Virus record (IMG/VR): IMGVR_UViG_3300011625_000001
Location: 1 to 54,379 of that record
From: a virus
DNA length: 54,379 bases
Strand: one strand, 5' to 3'
The notes beneath the pieces were generated by a model that made no database searches, was not told the DNA's origin, and saw nothing but the letters and a program-made list of their open reading frames with translations. The position numbers were made by a program, and so were the translations under genes. This document shows positions 6,909 to 14,771 of this stretch, piece by piece; the stretch's first letter is position 1; the number at the start of each line of letters is the position of its first letter.

Positions 6909-8639
6909 CTATCGTCCTTCGCCAAAATAAGTATCAACATCTAGCTTTTGGACACGTCTATGCTTCACTAATATGTTTTTCAGTTTATTCACGAACGTTT
7001 CCTGAAAATCAGCCCTTTCAGAAGGGTTGATTGTTAAATAGTACTCCAATGGACTATTTTTTACTGTTTTTAATAGTTTTTGAATATCGTTACTGTTATA
7101 GAAATCCTTAAAATCATTACGTAAGGCTCTTTCACTCTTATTCCCTTTATTCTGTTCTATTTTTACAATTTTATCAAAATCGTATTCATCTTCTGAATCA
7201 AGATTATTTAAGCCTAATTTATTCATTATTTTCTGAACGTGTTTATCAGACGTAAAGTTGGATTTATTATACCTAATGCTATTCTTCCAAAAAGAATCAT
7301 CTTCTGGAAGACTGTAGAGTAGCTTAAAAATCAATCTATCTGGCGGTTGAGAGCTAGGTAAGAGAATAACGCTTTCATTTTTCTTTATATCAATATCAAC
7401 ATCACCATCTAAAACTACAATGCTATTTTCAGTAAACTCAGGTATCTTGTATTTCTCTATAAGATTCATATAGACCGTACTACCTACACTTATATCTTTA
7501 AGGATGTTTAATACCTTATTTGTTTTTCTATCAATGATTAGCCTTTTAAAAAAATCTACAGCCTCTTTATCTTCAAAATAAACATTAGTAAGTGGAAGGT
7601 TGATTTCCTCTGAAACTTTCACAGTTCTCGTATAGAGGTCAGCATTTATATCATTCCAGTCATAATCGTTACATACTTCTAACTTGCCATAGCTATTAGT
7701 TAGAAATATGCTTTTGAAGTTATTCTCTTTTGTGTTTTTTTCTTTTTCATTTTTATAGTATATTTTTTCTATAATAGTTGGAGAGTGCGAAGATAATATT
7801 ATTTGTATATTATATTTATTACTGTAATGAATTAATACATCTACAATTCTTTCCTGAGCAAATGGAAAAAGCCCAGCATCTAACTCATCTATTATTAAGA
7901 TACCTCCATGGTAATCAGAATACTCTTCCTTTAATTTTCTAAACGAGAAAAGAGCTTGAACGATTTGTCCGACATTATCTTCTCCTGAAGAAACAGATTC
8001 ATGATCATAGTCTGTCCCGTGTACAACTGAAGAGTCGATTATACCTTTGGTTGACGTAACATTAGTACCTTTATGCTTCCCGATGATTTCATTGCAACAA
8101 CTAATAAAATCTTGCTTATTATCTTTCAAGTAATCAACATCATACACCTGATCGTTATTACGCTCAGCTACAGGCATTAATCTATTTAAGCTTAAATAAA
8201 TTATAGGATGTGTAACATTCCTAGACGTGTTATCACTTATTTTACCTGGTAAGTTGTTACGAACCACCGTTCTATGATTTCTACCTTCAGTATCTGTCAT
8301 AGCTAGTTTAAGATTTTCAATATCTTGTTTAAAATAAGCATCGTAAACACTGTATGAAACATTCATTTCTCCTGGTTTATCGTGTTTTGCTGAAAGACGA
8401 AAGTGATCACTAAATCTGGATTTAAATTGCTTACCATTTAATGTTTTATGCTCTATTTTTTCATCCGTTATATAATTTTTATCAAAGCTGAAAATTTGCG
8501 CTACAAGCCCTAGTATTGTCGATTTTGCCGTACCATTCTTACCACTAATGACAGTAACTTTCTGTCCAAACTCAATGTCGATATCTTTCATATTCCTAAA
8601 TTTTTTGACTGACATTTTTTTTAGAACAGTGGGTTGCAT
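6909..8639 (-). CDS. OLD-family-like protein: ABC/AAA_15-type ATPase fused to a TOPRIM/DUF4435-like C-terminal domain
   Basis: Walker A GKNGTAKST (aa 33-41), SSGE (217-220), Walker B ILIIDELD (247-254), SSHS (283-286). Then VYFEDKE (353-359) and VVLDGDVD (408-415) about 55 aa apart, the E...DxD spacing of TOPRIM. The coding sequence is AT-rich. Confidence 0.7.
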   Translation of the reverse strand: MQPTVLKKMSVKKFRNMKDIDIEFGQKVTVISGKNGTAKSTILGLVAQIFSFDKNYITDEKIEHKTLNGKQFKSRFSDHFRLSAKHDKPGEMNVSYSVYDAYFKQDIENLKLAMTDTEGRNHRTVVRNNLPGKISDNTSRNVTHPIIYLSLNRLMPVAERNNDQVYDVDYLKDNKQDFISCCNEIIGKHKGTNVTSTKGIIDSSVVHGTDYDHESVSSGEDNVGQIVQALFSFRKLKEEYSDYHGGILIIDELDAGLFPFAQERIVDVLIHYSNKYNIQIILSSHSPTIIEKIYYKNEKEKNTKENNFKSIFLTNSYGKLEVCNDYDWNDINADLYTRTVKVSEEINLPLTNVYFEDKEAVDFFKRLIIDRKTNKVLNILKDISVGSTVYMNLIEKYKIPEFTENSIVVLDGDVDIDIKKNESVILLPSSQPPDRLIFKLLYSLPEDDSFWKNSIRYNKSNFTSDKHVQKIMNKLGLNNLDSEDEYDFDKIVKIEQNKGNKSERALRNDFKDFYNSNDIQKLLKTVKNSPLEYYLTINPSERADFQETFVNKLKNILVKHRRVQKLDVDTYFGEGR

Positions 8640-8668
8640 GCTTTTAATTCCTATTAAAAAAATAATAA

Positions 8669-8696
8669 ATTGTATTTAATTATATAATATTGCCAA
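8669..8696 (-). promoter_or_regulatory. Dedicated sigma70-type promoter of the OLD-like/methyltransferase operon
   Basis: Minus strand: TTGGCA (8696-8691), 16-nt spacer, TACAAT (8674-8669). AGGAA lies 9 nt upstream of the ATG at 8639. Confidence 0.55.
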
Positions 8697-8787
8697 TATA
8701 CCTATCCTTAAGTATATTCTATCTGCTCATCATACACTCGCAGCCCAACTTCTCTAACCTTACTCAAGTCAGCACCGATCTCAAGCA

Positions 8788-9081
8788 TCAACCACCCGGA
8801 CAAATACTCTCACACGGCACACCGTCGTTATCTCTATCCAGCTTAGTATTGCCACACTTAAGCGCTTGCTTGGCTTGCTCACAGCTCACCATCTGCCCAC
8901 AAGTACGCGGCAAGCCTTTGCACTGTGAACCGCCAGCACCTTTAGCGAATAGTGGGTGATCAACCTCAACAGATTCCTTCAGGACAGAATTGCCTTGAAA
9001 TGGATTGTCTACTGTCTTAACTCCAGCATTGGAGGATAGGGCGAACACAGATAATGCCGCTGCTAGTATTAACTTTTTCAT
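8788..9081 (-). CDS. Secreted Excalibur calcium-binding-domain protein
   Basis: The likely start MKKLILAAALSVFALSSNA is a Sec signal peptide. C-terminal SCEQAKQALKCGNTKLDRDNDGVPCE matches the Excalibur DxDxDGxxCE motif. It lies downstream of cI on the same strand. Confidence 0.7.
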   Translation of the reverse strand: MKKLILAAALSVFALSSNAGVKTVDNPFQGNSVLKESVEVDHPLFAKGAGGSQCKGLPRTCGQMVSCEQAKQALKCGNTKLDRDNDGVPCESICPGG

Positions 9082-9130
9082 GATTACGTCCTTGTATTGC
9101 TTTAGATGCGTCGAATCTGAGGTAAGCACA

Positions 9131-9334
9131 CTATTCTTCAGGTGCGCCTTTATTGCGCGTATATTTATCTACTGGAAAATTGCTCATCTCATAAACCGGA
9201 GCCATCACAAGTTTCCCAAAACTCTTAGCCATCAATTTTACTTCATCAACGGACAGACTCATAGGTTCGTTGTTTTCTGCTGCCACATTGATTTTATCTA
9301 TAAGCTGGTTTATCGGTAATTTAGTGTTGTCCAT
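9131..9334 (-). CDS. Hypothetical protein (67 aa) downstream of cI
   Basis: ORF 20 nt after the cI stop, same strand. No motif recognised. Confidence 0.45.
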   Translation of the reverse strand: MDNTKLPINQLIDKINVAAENNEPMSLSVDEVKLMAKSFGKLVMAPVYEMSNFPVDKYTRNKGAPEE

Positions 9335-9353
9335 GATATTAATTCCCTAATCT

Positions 9354-10094
9354 TTAGTATTCGACATATTTACCTACGACTTTTCCTACTAGGTTGCAGT
9401 CACCCATTGGCATCATTTTTTGTTCGTGCCAATCAGGATTAAGCGGCTTTAAGTACATATCATTTGATTTTTCACCTATTACCAACTGCTTGAATGTAGC
9501 TTCCGTGTCGTCATTACACTGAACAACTACTAAGTCACTATCTTTAAGGGCGAATAATCCAGTCTCAGGCTCAACATAGATTATTTCATTAGGCTTAAAC
9601 TCAGGCAGCATGCTGCGCCCTTGAACGCGCAAGCAAAAACCGTTCTTAGATAGGTTAGGAGGGCGTGGCGCTTTGCCTATAGCATCTAGCATCGTTACAG
9701 ACTCAATATTAGACCAACTACCAGCCGCTACCCAGCTCAGTATAGGCACCATGCTGGGATCTTCTGATATAGAGACGCGTCGAGTATCGATAGGCAGGTT
9801 AAATAAATCATCCCCACCTTTCCCTTGTATCTCTTTTATTTGCGCTCTTAACTCGTCGATAGATGGATTTTTAGGCACATCTAACATTTCACCATGATTA
9901 TTAATCAACCAGTCAGCATTCACACCAGTAGTCTTAGCTATATCAAATAGGCTAGATGATTCTTTATTTCTATCATTCTCAATATCTGATATAGCGCCTT
10001 GCGATGTCTTAACTTTTTTTGCAAGTTGTACTTGGGTTAGTCCTGCGTGTTTACGGGCTTTTTTAACCCTATCTCCAAGACTTTCAATATTCAT
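9354..10094 (-). CDS. cI: CI-like repressor (XRE HTH plus S24 LexA-type autopeptidase)
   Basis: N-terminal HTH LTQVQLAKKVKTSQGAISDIE, candidate Ala-Gly cleavage site (VAAGSW), and GRSMLPEF serine motif. Divergent from the cro-like gene. Confidence 0.9.
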   Translation of the reverse strand: MNIESLGDRVKKARKHAGLTQVQLAKKVKTSQGAISDIENDRNKESSSLFDIAKTTGVNADWLINNHGEMLDVPKNPSIDELRAQIKEIQGKGGDDLFNLPIDTRRVSISEDPSMVPILSWVAAGSWSNIESVTMLDAIGKAPRPPNLSKNGFCLRVQGRSMLPEFKPNEIIYVEPETGLFALKDSDLVVVQCNDDTEATFKQLVIGEKSNDMYLKPLNPDWHEQKMMPMGDCNLVGKVVGKYVEY

Positions 10095-10104
10095 CTCAAT
10101 ACCC

Positions 10105-10132
10105 CTTATAAATTATCGTAATTATGATACAA
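10105..10132 (-). promoter_or_regulatory. PRM-like promoter for cI (near-leaderless transcript)
   Basis: Minus strand: TTGTAT (10132-10127), 16-nt spacer, TATAAG (10110-10105). Only 10 nt separate the -10 box from the cI ATG, and no SD is present. Confidence 0.45.
10113..10130. promoter_or_regulatory. Operator OR-a (TTATCGTAATTATGATAC)
   Basis: About 15 of 18 positions match the ATATCGTRATYACGATAT palindrome. Overlaps the PRM-like spacer. Confidence 0.6.
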
Positions 10133-10136
10133 ATAA

Positions 10137-10154
10137 ATATCGTTTTGACGTTTG
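10137..10154. promoter_or_regulatory. Operator OR-b (degenerate)
   Basis: ATATCGTTTTGACGTTTG retains the left half-site and ACG of the right half-site. It lies 24 bp from OR-a and 23 bp from OR-c. Confidence 0.4.
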
Positions 10155-10180
10155 ATTAAATAACGTAATTACGATAATAT
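10152..10180 (+). promoter_or_regulatory. PR-like early-right promoter
   Basis: TTGATT (10152-10157), 17-nt spacer, TAATAT (10175-10180). GGAG RBS at 10198-10201 precedes the cro ATG. Confidence 0.5.
10160..10177. promoter_or_regulatory. Operator OR-c (ATAACGTAATTACGATAA)
   Basis: About 16 of 18 positions match the operator palindrome. Overlaps the PR-like promoter. Confidence 0.6.
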
Positions 10181-10209
10181 GATTATTATTAAACGTCGGA
10201 GCGATATTT

Positions 10210-10419
10210 ATGACCAACACTATCAATTGGACGTCTATTGTCCGAGACCTATTGAAAGATAGGACGCAAATTGAACTGCAAGAAATAACTGGTGTGCATC
10301 AAGGCGTTATTAGCGACCTTAAGAGCGGCAAACCTAAACCGCACCTTACATACATCAATGGCGCTGCATTAATAAAGGCTCATCAAGAGCTTTGCCAAGA
10401 ACAAACAGAGGAGGCCTAA
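10210..10419 (+). CDS. cro: Cro-like HTH regulator
   Basis: 69 aa with HTH ELQEITGVHQGVISDLKSGK. Divergent from cI across the operators. Confidence 0.75.
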   Translation: MTNTINWTSIVRDLLKDRTQIELQEITGVHQGVISDLKSGKPKPHLTYINGAALIKAHQELCQEQTEEA

Positions 10420-10421
10420 CC

Positions 10422-11060
10422 ATGTCCATAAACCAATTATCACCCGAAAGAGTGCAGCGGTCACGCAATATGCAATCAGACATCTTGCATGCAGTTGCAG
10501 AGACTAGACAGGTAAATGTCGCTAAATGCCTTGGCGTAGAGTCAAGCACCGTCGGTCGCTGGCTAGATTCAAAAAACCCAGAAAGCCAAGTTGTGCGCTT
10601 TTGCGACATGCTGGCGCTTTGCGGCTTAAAGGTCGTGCCAGCTAACGCCCAGTGTTATGACGTTGAAAAAATAGAGATGCTGTTTAACGTCACAAAAGAC
10701 TATTTCAAGCGTTTAGATGGAGTAGATGATTTTTTTCAAAATGACGCGGGCATGTCTGAAAGGCCTGATGTGCGCTACAGCCGTACAAGTGATCTATCAA
10801 ATATAGAAACCTATCCGAACACCATATTGGCATTGCTTGCCAGCTTTTGTGAAGCCTGCAAGAGCTTGGTAGCTGCTAAGAGCAATACCAACAGACCAAC
10901 CGTACTGGTCGCAAGATTGAATATTGAAAACGAGATAAAGCAAGAACGTCAAGACATCGTGGCAGACGATGCCGCGTTTTGGAAGACGGCTCTGATTCTA
11001 TCCAACATCGTCGGATTATTTATCTTGCTGACTATGACTTTTAGATTCTGGGGGCTGTGA
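10422..11060 (+). CDS. CII-like HTH protein with C-terminal hydrophobic segment
   Basis: GAGGAGG lies upstream of the ATG at 10422; the ORF-track start at 10392 overlaps cro. VAKCLGVESSTVGRWL...MLALCGLKVV aligns by eye with lambda CII AEAVGVDKSQISRWK...LLAVLEWGVV. C-terminal segment is TALILSNIVGLFILLTMTF. Confidence 0.5.
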   Translation: MSINQLSPERVQRSRNMQSDILHAVAETRQVNVAKCLGVESSTVGRWLDSKNPESQVVRFCDMLALCGLKVVPANAQCYDVEKIEMLFNVTKDYFKRLDGVDDFFQNDAGMSERPDVRYSRTSDLSNIETYPNTILALLASFCEACKSLVAAKSNTNRPTVLVARLNIENEIKQERQDIVADDAAFWKTALILSNIVGLFILLTMTFRFWGL

Positions 11061-11920
11061 TGTTAGAAGAAAAACACTATGCGCCCATGAATCGCTATGC
11101 CAGTAGTAGCGACACATCAACCACGCTTGATGCTGTTGAGTGGTTCGCTAAAAACAAAGGTATTACCAATCTCGATGATCCAAGCACGAAAGTACGCACG
11201 ATTATTGAAGATGCAAATAAAGTTGAGCTGGCACGCCAGCAAGCTAAGAAAGCTGGTGAGGCCAAGGCGCAAGATGAGTTTCTTGATGCCATGTTTAACC
11301 TTGATAACGGCACAGCGGTATTGCGTCAGAAGAAAGAGCGCACGCCAGTAGTGACAGGCAAGGAAAAAGCAGTTAAGACCAAAAGAGACAGCTCGAAGGA
11401 TAGACCGAATGCAGCAGTACGCCGAGCCAAGATCATAAAAACGCTTAACACTGGCGGCAGAATTAAGTTAGAGCGTAAAAAAGGCGCAGCTTATCAAGCG
11501 CAGTACATAGATATCCGCTGGATTATCGACAATCACAAAATGAATATCAAGCGCATCAAGTCAGTCAGCTCTAGCGATTCTTACTTTGTCTTAGATAAGT
11601 TTGCTCGCTATCAAGCGCCGGTAGCTATTAACGGTGCAGCTGAAGATAAAGACAAGCTGCTTACTGCATTACTTAGTAAGAAGCTGGTGCTGGCAAGTGA
11701 TGTCATGGGCACGAATAAGTTAGCCACAGCGACAGTGCTCACTATTGCGACGCAGCACGACTTGGATGTTTATACCGTGTTTGATGATAGCCGCAAGACA
11801 GTGGGTTGGATATACATTTTAGATGAAGAAAAGCGCAAGACGAAGATTCATAAGCTTGGCGATATGTTGCAAGCGCTGGATCATTTAAAAGAGAAGAAGG
11901 CAAAAAATAATGGGCAATAA
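11057..11920 (+). CDS. Hypothetical early protein (287 aa)
   Basis: Long ORF with start overlapping the upstream stop. Lys-rich centre. No motif recognised. Confidence 0.6.
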   Translation: MMLEEKHYAPMNRYASSSDTSTTLDAVEWFAKNKGITNLDDPSTKVRTIIEDANKVELARQQAKKAGEAKAQDEFLDAMFNLDNGTAVLRQKKERTPVVTGKEKAVKTKRDSSKDRPNAAVRRAKIIKTLNTGGRIKLERKKGAAYQAQYIDIRWIIDNHKMNIKRIKSVSSSDSYFVLDKFARYQAPVAINGAAEDKDKLLTALLSKKLVLASDVMGTNKLATATVLTIATQHDLDVYTVFDDSRKTVGWIYILDEEKRKTKIHKLGDMLQALDHLKEKKAKNNGQ

Positions 11921-11987
11921 AAAACCCTAAGAGATGCGAACTCAAAGGGTTTTCAACAAACCTAACCTGTAATCGGAGTATATATCC

Positions 11988-12689
11988 ATGAACGACATTA
12001 TGCAAGTAAACAACATCAACAAAACCATGAGCAGTCGTGAAATGGCAGCGCTATGCAAAAAACGCCACGACAATACGCTGCTAGTTATCAGAGATTTGGA
12101 AAATAGGGGTCTCCTAGAAAATAGTAGACCCCAATACTACACGCACGCGCAGAACGGTCAGCAATATATTGAATATATATCAGACAAAAGAGACAGTCTT
12201 GTCATTGTTGCACGCTTATCGCCTGAATTTATGGCCGCAGTAATTGACCGCTGGCAAGAACTAGAACAGCAAGTGAGTGCCAGCCAGCCAGTAATGGCAA
12301 TGCCTGATTTTACCAATCCAGCTGAAGCCGCACGCGCTTTTGCCGACCAGTATGAAGCAAAGCAGATAGCGCAAGAGCAATTAGCCTTAGCACAACCAAA
12401 AGTGAATTTTTACAACACGGTTGCCGCTAGTAATTCATTGATGACTGTCTCAGACGTGGCTAAGAAGATGGATATGTCAGCTCAAGCACTTAATGTGAGG
12501 CTTATTGAGATTGGCGCATACGACAAGCGCAGACTGCCCAAGAAGGTGTTTAGCCATGGTTTTATTAGTAAAGGCTATGGCGCTATGAAATTAACGGCAG
12601 ACGGTCATGATCGCAACCTACTGACGCAGGCAGGTCAGATTTACGTCATTGGCTTATTTAGCTGTAACAAAGAATTGGAGCCAATGTAA
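11988..12689 (+). CDS. Rha-family / KilAC (ANT) antirepressor-like regulator
   Basis: N-terminal MSSREMAALCKKRHDNTLLVIRDLE is Phage_pRha-like. The C-terminal half (PDFTNPAEAARAFADQYEAK...PKVNFYNTV...VSDVAKKM) is KilA-C/ANT-like. Confidence 0.7.
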   Translation: MNDIMQVNNINKTMSSREMAALCKKRHDNTLLVIRDLENRGLLENSRPQYYTHAQNGQQYIEYISDKRDSLVIVARLSPEFMAAVIDRWQELEQQVSASQPVMAMPDFTNPAEAARAFADQYEAKQIAQEQLALAQPKVNFYNTVAASNSLMTVSDVAKKMDMSAQALNVRLIEIGAYDKRRLPKKVFSHGFISKGYGAMKLTADGHDRNLLTQAGQIYVIGLFSCNKELEPM

Positions 12690-13627
12690 TGACGGTACAC
12701 GTTTTTAACGTAGATGATGCAGTGAAGTACGGCATGGAAAAAGCTGTGATATTGCAGAACATGCGCTTTTGGCTGGATAAAAACAAAGCTAATGGCACTA
12801 ACTTGCATGATGGCTATTACTGGACGTACAACAGTGCAGAGGCTTTCTTTAAGTTGTTCCCTTACTTCAAGTCAGCAAAAGTAATTCAGCGACTACTGAA
12901 AAGTATGGTTGAGGACGGCTTATTGCTGGCTAGCAACTACAACAAGAAGGGTTATGACCGTACTAAGTGGTACTCAATGCCTGAATATTGCGCTGAAAGC
13001 TTTGATACAAGCCATTGTTCAAAAATGACCAATGGATTGGACAAAAACGACCAATGCAATGGTCAAGAATGTCCAATGGATTGTTCAAAAATGACCAATG
13101 CAATGGTCAAAAATGACCAACCTATACCAGATATAAACACAGATAGTAAACCAGATGTAAAAACAGATACTAATACGTCTGTTAATAGCGATAGCAGTTG
13201 GATTGAAGAAAGTTTTGAAGCGTTCTATGGGTCTTATCCAAACAAGAAAGGGAAAGGGCAAGCACAGAAAACTTGGAACAATGTATTTCTAGGTAAAGGT
13301 GATCATAAAAAACCATCAAACCCAGTTGAGCTTTTTGAAACGATTATGAACGCTGTCAAAGTACAGACACCAGTAATCCTTTTGTCAGAACCACAGTTTA
13401 GAAAACATCCTAGCACTTGGTTAAACGCACAAGCTTGGCTTGATGAGATAGAGCAGTCACAGCCAACAAACAATACTCAGGGGAACACTCATGCAAACAA
13501 CCAGCCAGCTAACAACAAACCTCGCAGAGAAACTACAGAAGAATACAAACAGCGGATGCAGCGAGAGTTTAACGAAGAGTTTGGAATCGAAGTACAGCCC
13601 GACAGCAATACAGACTGCTACAGCTAA
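12689..13627 (+). CDS. Replication initiator (lambda O-like organiser) containing the origin iterons
   Basis: Assigned by position before a P-like gene and by five regularly spaced iterons plus an AT-rich stretch inside the coding sequence, as in lambda O/ori. Confidence 0.6.
   Translation: MTVHVFNVDDAVKYGMEKAVILQNMRFWLDKNKANGTNLHDGYYWTYNSAEAFFKLFPYFKSAKVIQRLLKSMVEDGLLLASNYNKKGYDRTKWYSMPEYCAESFDTSHCSKMTNGLDKNDQCNGQECPMDCSKMTNAMVKNDQPIPDINTDSKPDVKTDTNTSVNSDSSWIEESFEAFYGSYPNKKGKGQAQKTWNNVFLGKGDHKKPSNPVELFETIMNAVKVQTPVILLSEPQFRKHPSTWLNAQAWLDEIEQSQPTNNTQGNTHANNQPANNKPRRETTEEYKQRMQREFNEEFGIEVQPDSNTDCYS
13021..13122. repeat. Origin iterons: five 14-bp repeats at an exact 22-bp period
   Basis: AAAAATGACCAATG-type repeats start at 13021, 13043, 13065, 13087 and 13109. 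An AT-rich CAGAT-rich stretch follows at 13123-13190. Confidence 0.75.
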
Positions 13628-14183
13628 AGTCTTAAATCTTTTTGCAGAACTCAAAGAAGAGTATGGCGCCTTATTTGATAACAAAGAACATCGCTACACG
13701 CCAGCCAAGGCACGCGAATGGGCAGTAGAGCTGCTAGAGAGTGGTATCAACGGCGAACAGTACCAACGTGGACGCTGGCAAGCACTCAAGCAGCAGGATT
13801 ATCCAGTAGAGCGAGCTTACAAGTTTATTCAGTTATGCAAACTGGGTGAGATTGATACATACCCCACAGCCAACGACGCTTTTACCATAGCTTGCCAAAA
13901 TTGCGGCATGAAGGGTGACATAGAGCGCGACTGGAAGCATGAAGTGGTTTATGAGACAGCAAATAGGATTGGATGGGGAAAGCTGGCAAGTGCGACGGAG
14001 TATTTCTTCAAGACGTTTAAGCAGGTTTATGAGCAAGTAGTGAGTGAGCATAAGGCTGGCAAGACGTTTGTAGTACCGAAATCACATCGCTTAGCTAATG
14101 TTCACCAGCCGGTCGAAGTAGGTAGTGAGGCGGATAAGCGGATTAGTGAAAAATTGGCGGAGTTGCGGAGAATGAGCGCATGA
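13491..14183 (+). CDS. Lambda P-like replication protein (helicase loader)
   Basis: REWAVELLESGINGEQYQRGRWQALKQQDYP resembles lambda P RRQWVLAFRENGITTMEQVNAGMRVARRQNRPF, from memory. The start is uncertain: ATG at 13491 (AGGGGA RBS) overlaps the upstream gene by 137 nt. Confidence 0.55.
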   Translation: MQTTSQLTTNLAEKLQKNTNSGCSESLTKSLESKYSPTAIQTATAKVLNLFAELKEEYGALFDNKEHRYTPAKAREWAVELLESGINGEQYQRGRWQALKQQDYPVERAYKFIQLCKLGEIDTYPTANDAFTIACQNCGMKGDIERDWKHEVVYETANRIGWGKLASATEYFFKTFKQVYEQVVSEHKAGKTFVVPKSHRLANVHQPVEVGSEADKRISEKLAELRRMSA

Positions 14184-14443
14184 GCAAACCAGACAGACAC
14201 TTCATCGCCTTCGTCCACATCGATATGCCCTGGTGCAGCAGCCCGAAAGCATGGCAGCCAGTTTCTAACGAGATTGTCTTATTCGAGCAGCCGGACATGC
14301 CAGCGTATGACGATATTGTGAGCGCCGTTAAGCAGGCGTGTCCAGCAGCAGTTGGCGTCGTGCTGAATAATTTGCATGAGATCAGCCACACGGACTTTTT
14401 AAAGTTTATCAACGGTAGTAAGGATTGGGAGGTTGGAGCGTGA
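14180..14443 (+). CDS. Hypothetical protein (87 aa)
   Basis: ORF with start overlapping the upstream stop (ATGA). Confidence 0.5.
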   Translation: MSKPDRHFIAFVHIDMPWCSSPKAWQPVSNEIVLFEQPDMPAYDDIVSAVKQACPAAVGVVLNNLHEISHTDFLKFINGSKDWEVGA

Positions 14444-14748
14444 AGAAGGACCCATCCGACTACACCGCAGGCGAGCAGAAGTACCTAGCTCGCCAGCAAG
14501 CGGTCAAGGCTGGCAGGCCAAACGCCATGACGTACTTTAAAAACGTCGCAGTGACCAAGGCAGGCGATTTTGTCATAGGGCTGACGTACAACAGCAAGCT
14601 ACAGCGTTATTCAGCGAGTGCGATTGAGATAGACGGGGTTCGTGATAACGGCAAGTTGTGTGAGTGGGATAGAGAAGGTGGTGCACTAGATGACGATTTG
14701 AGCGACTTAGTTCTTGGTTCGGTGCAAGTGGGTGTAAGAACAATCTAA
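14440..14748 (+). CDS. Hypothetical protein (102 aa, GTG start)
   Basis: GTG at 14440 overlaps the upstream stop (GTGA). GGGAGG lies 7 nt upstream. Confidence 0.5.
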   Translation: MKKDPSDYTAGEQKYLARQQAVKAGRPNAMTYFKNVAVTKAGDFVIGLTYNSKLQRYSASAIEIDGVRDNGKLCEWDREGGALDDDLSDLVLGSVQVGVRTI

Positions 14749-14771
14749 AACAAACCTAGGGGTGAAATTTA

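Noticed and set aside
8690-8959. 89-aa plus-strand ORF
   Set aside because: It starts with TTG inside the predicted island promoter and runs antisense through the Excalibur-domain gene. Its Ser/Leu/Pro-rich composition is typical of antisense frames.
10392-10421. Upstream start for the CII-like gene as given in the ORF track
   Set aside because: It overlaps the cro 3' end and lacks an RBS. The ATG at 10422 has GAGGAGG at the ideal distance.
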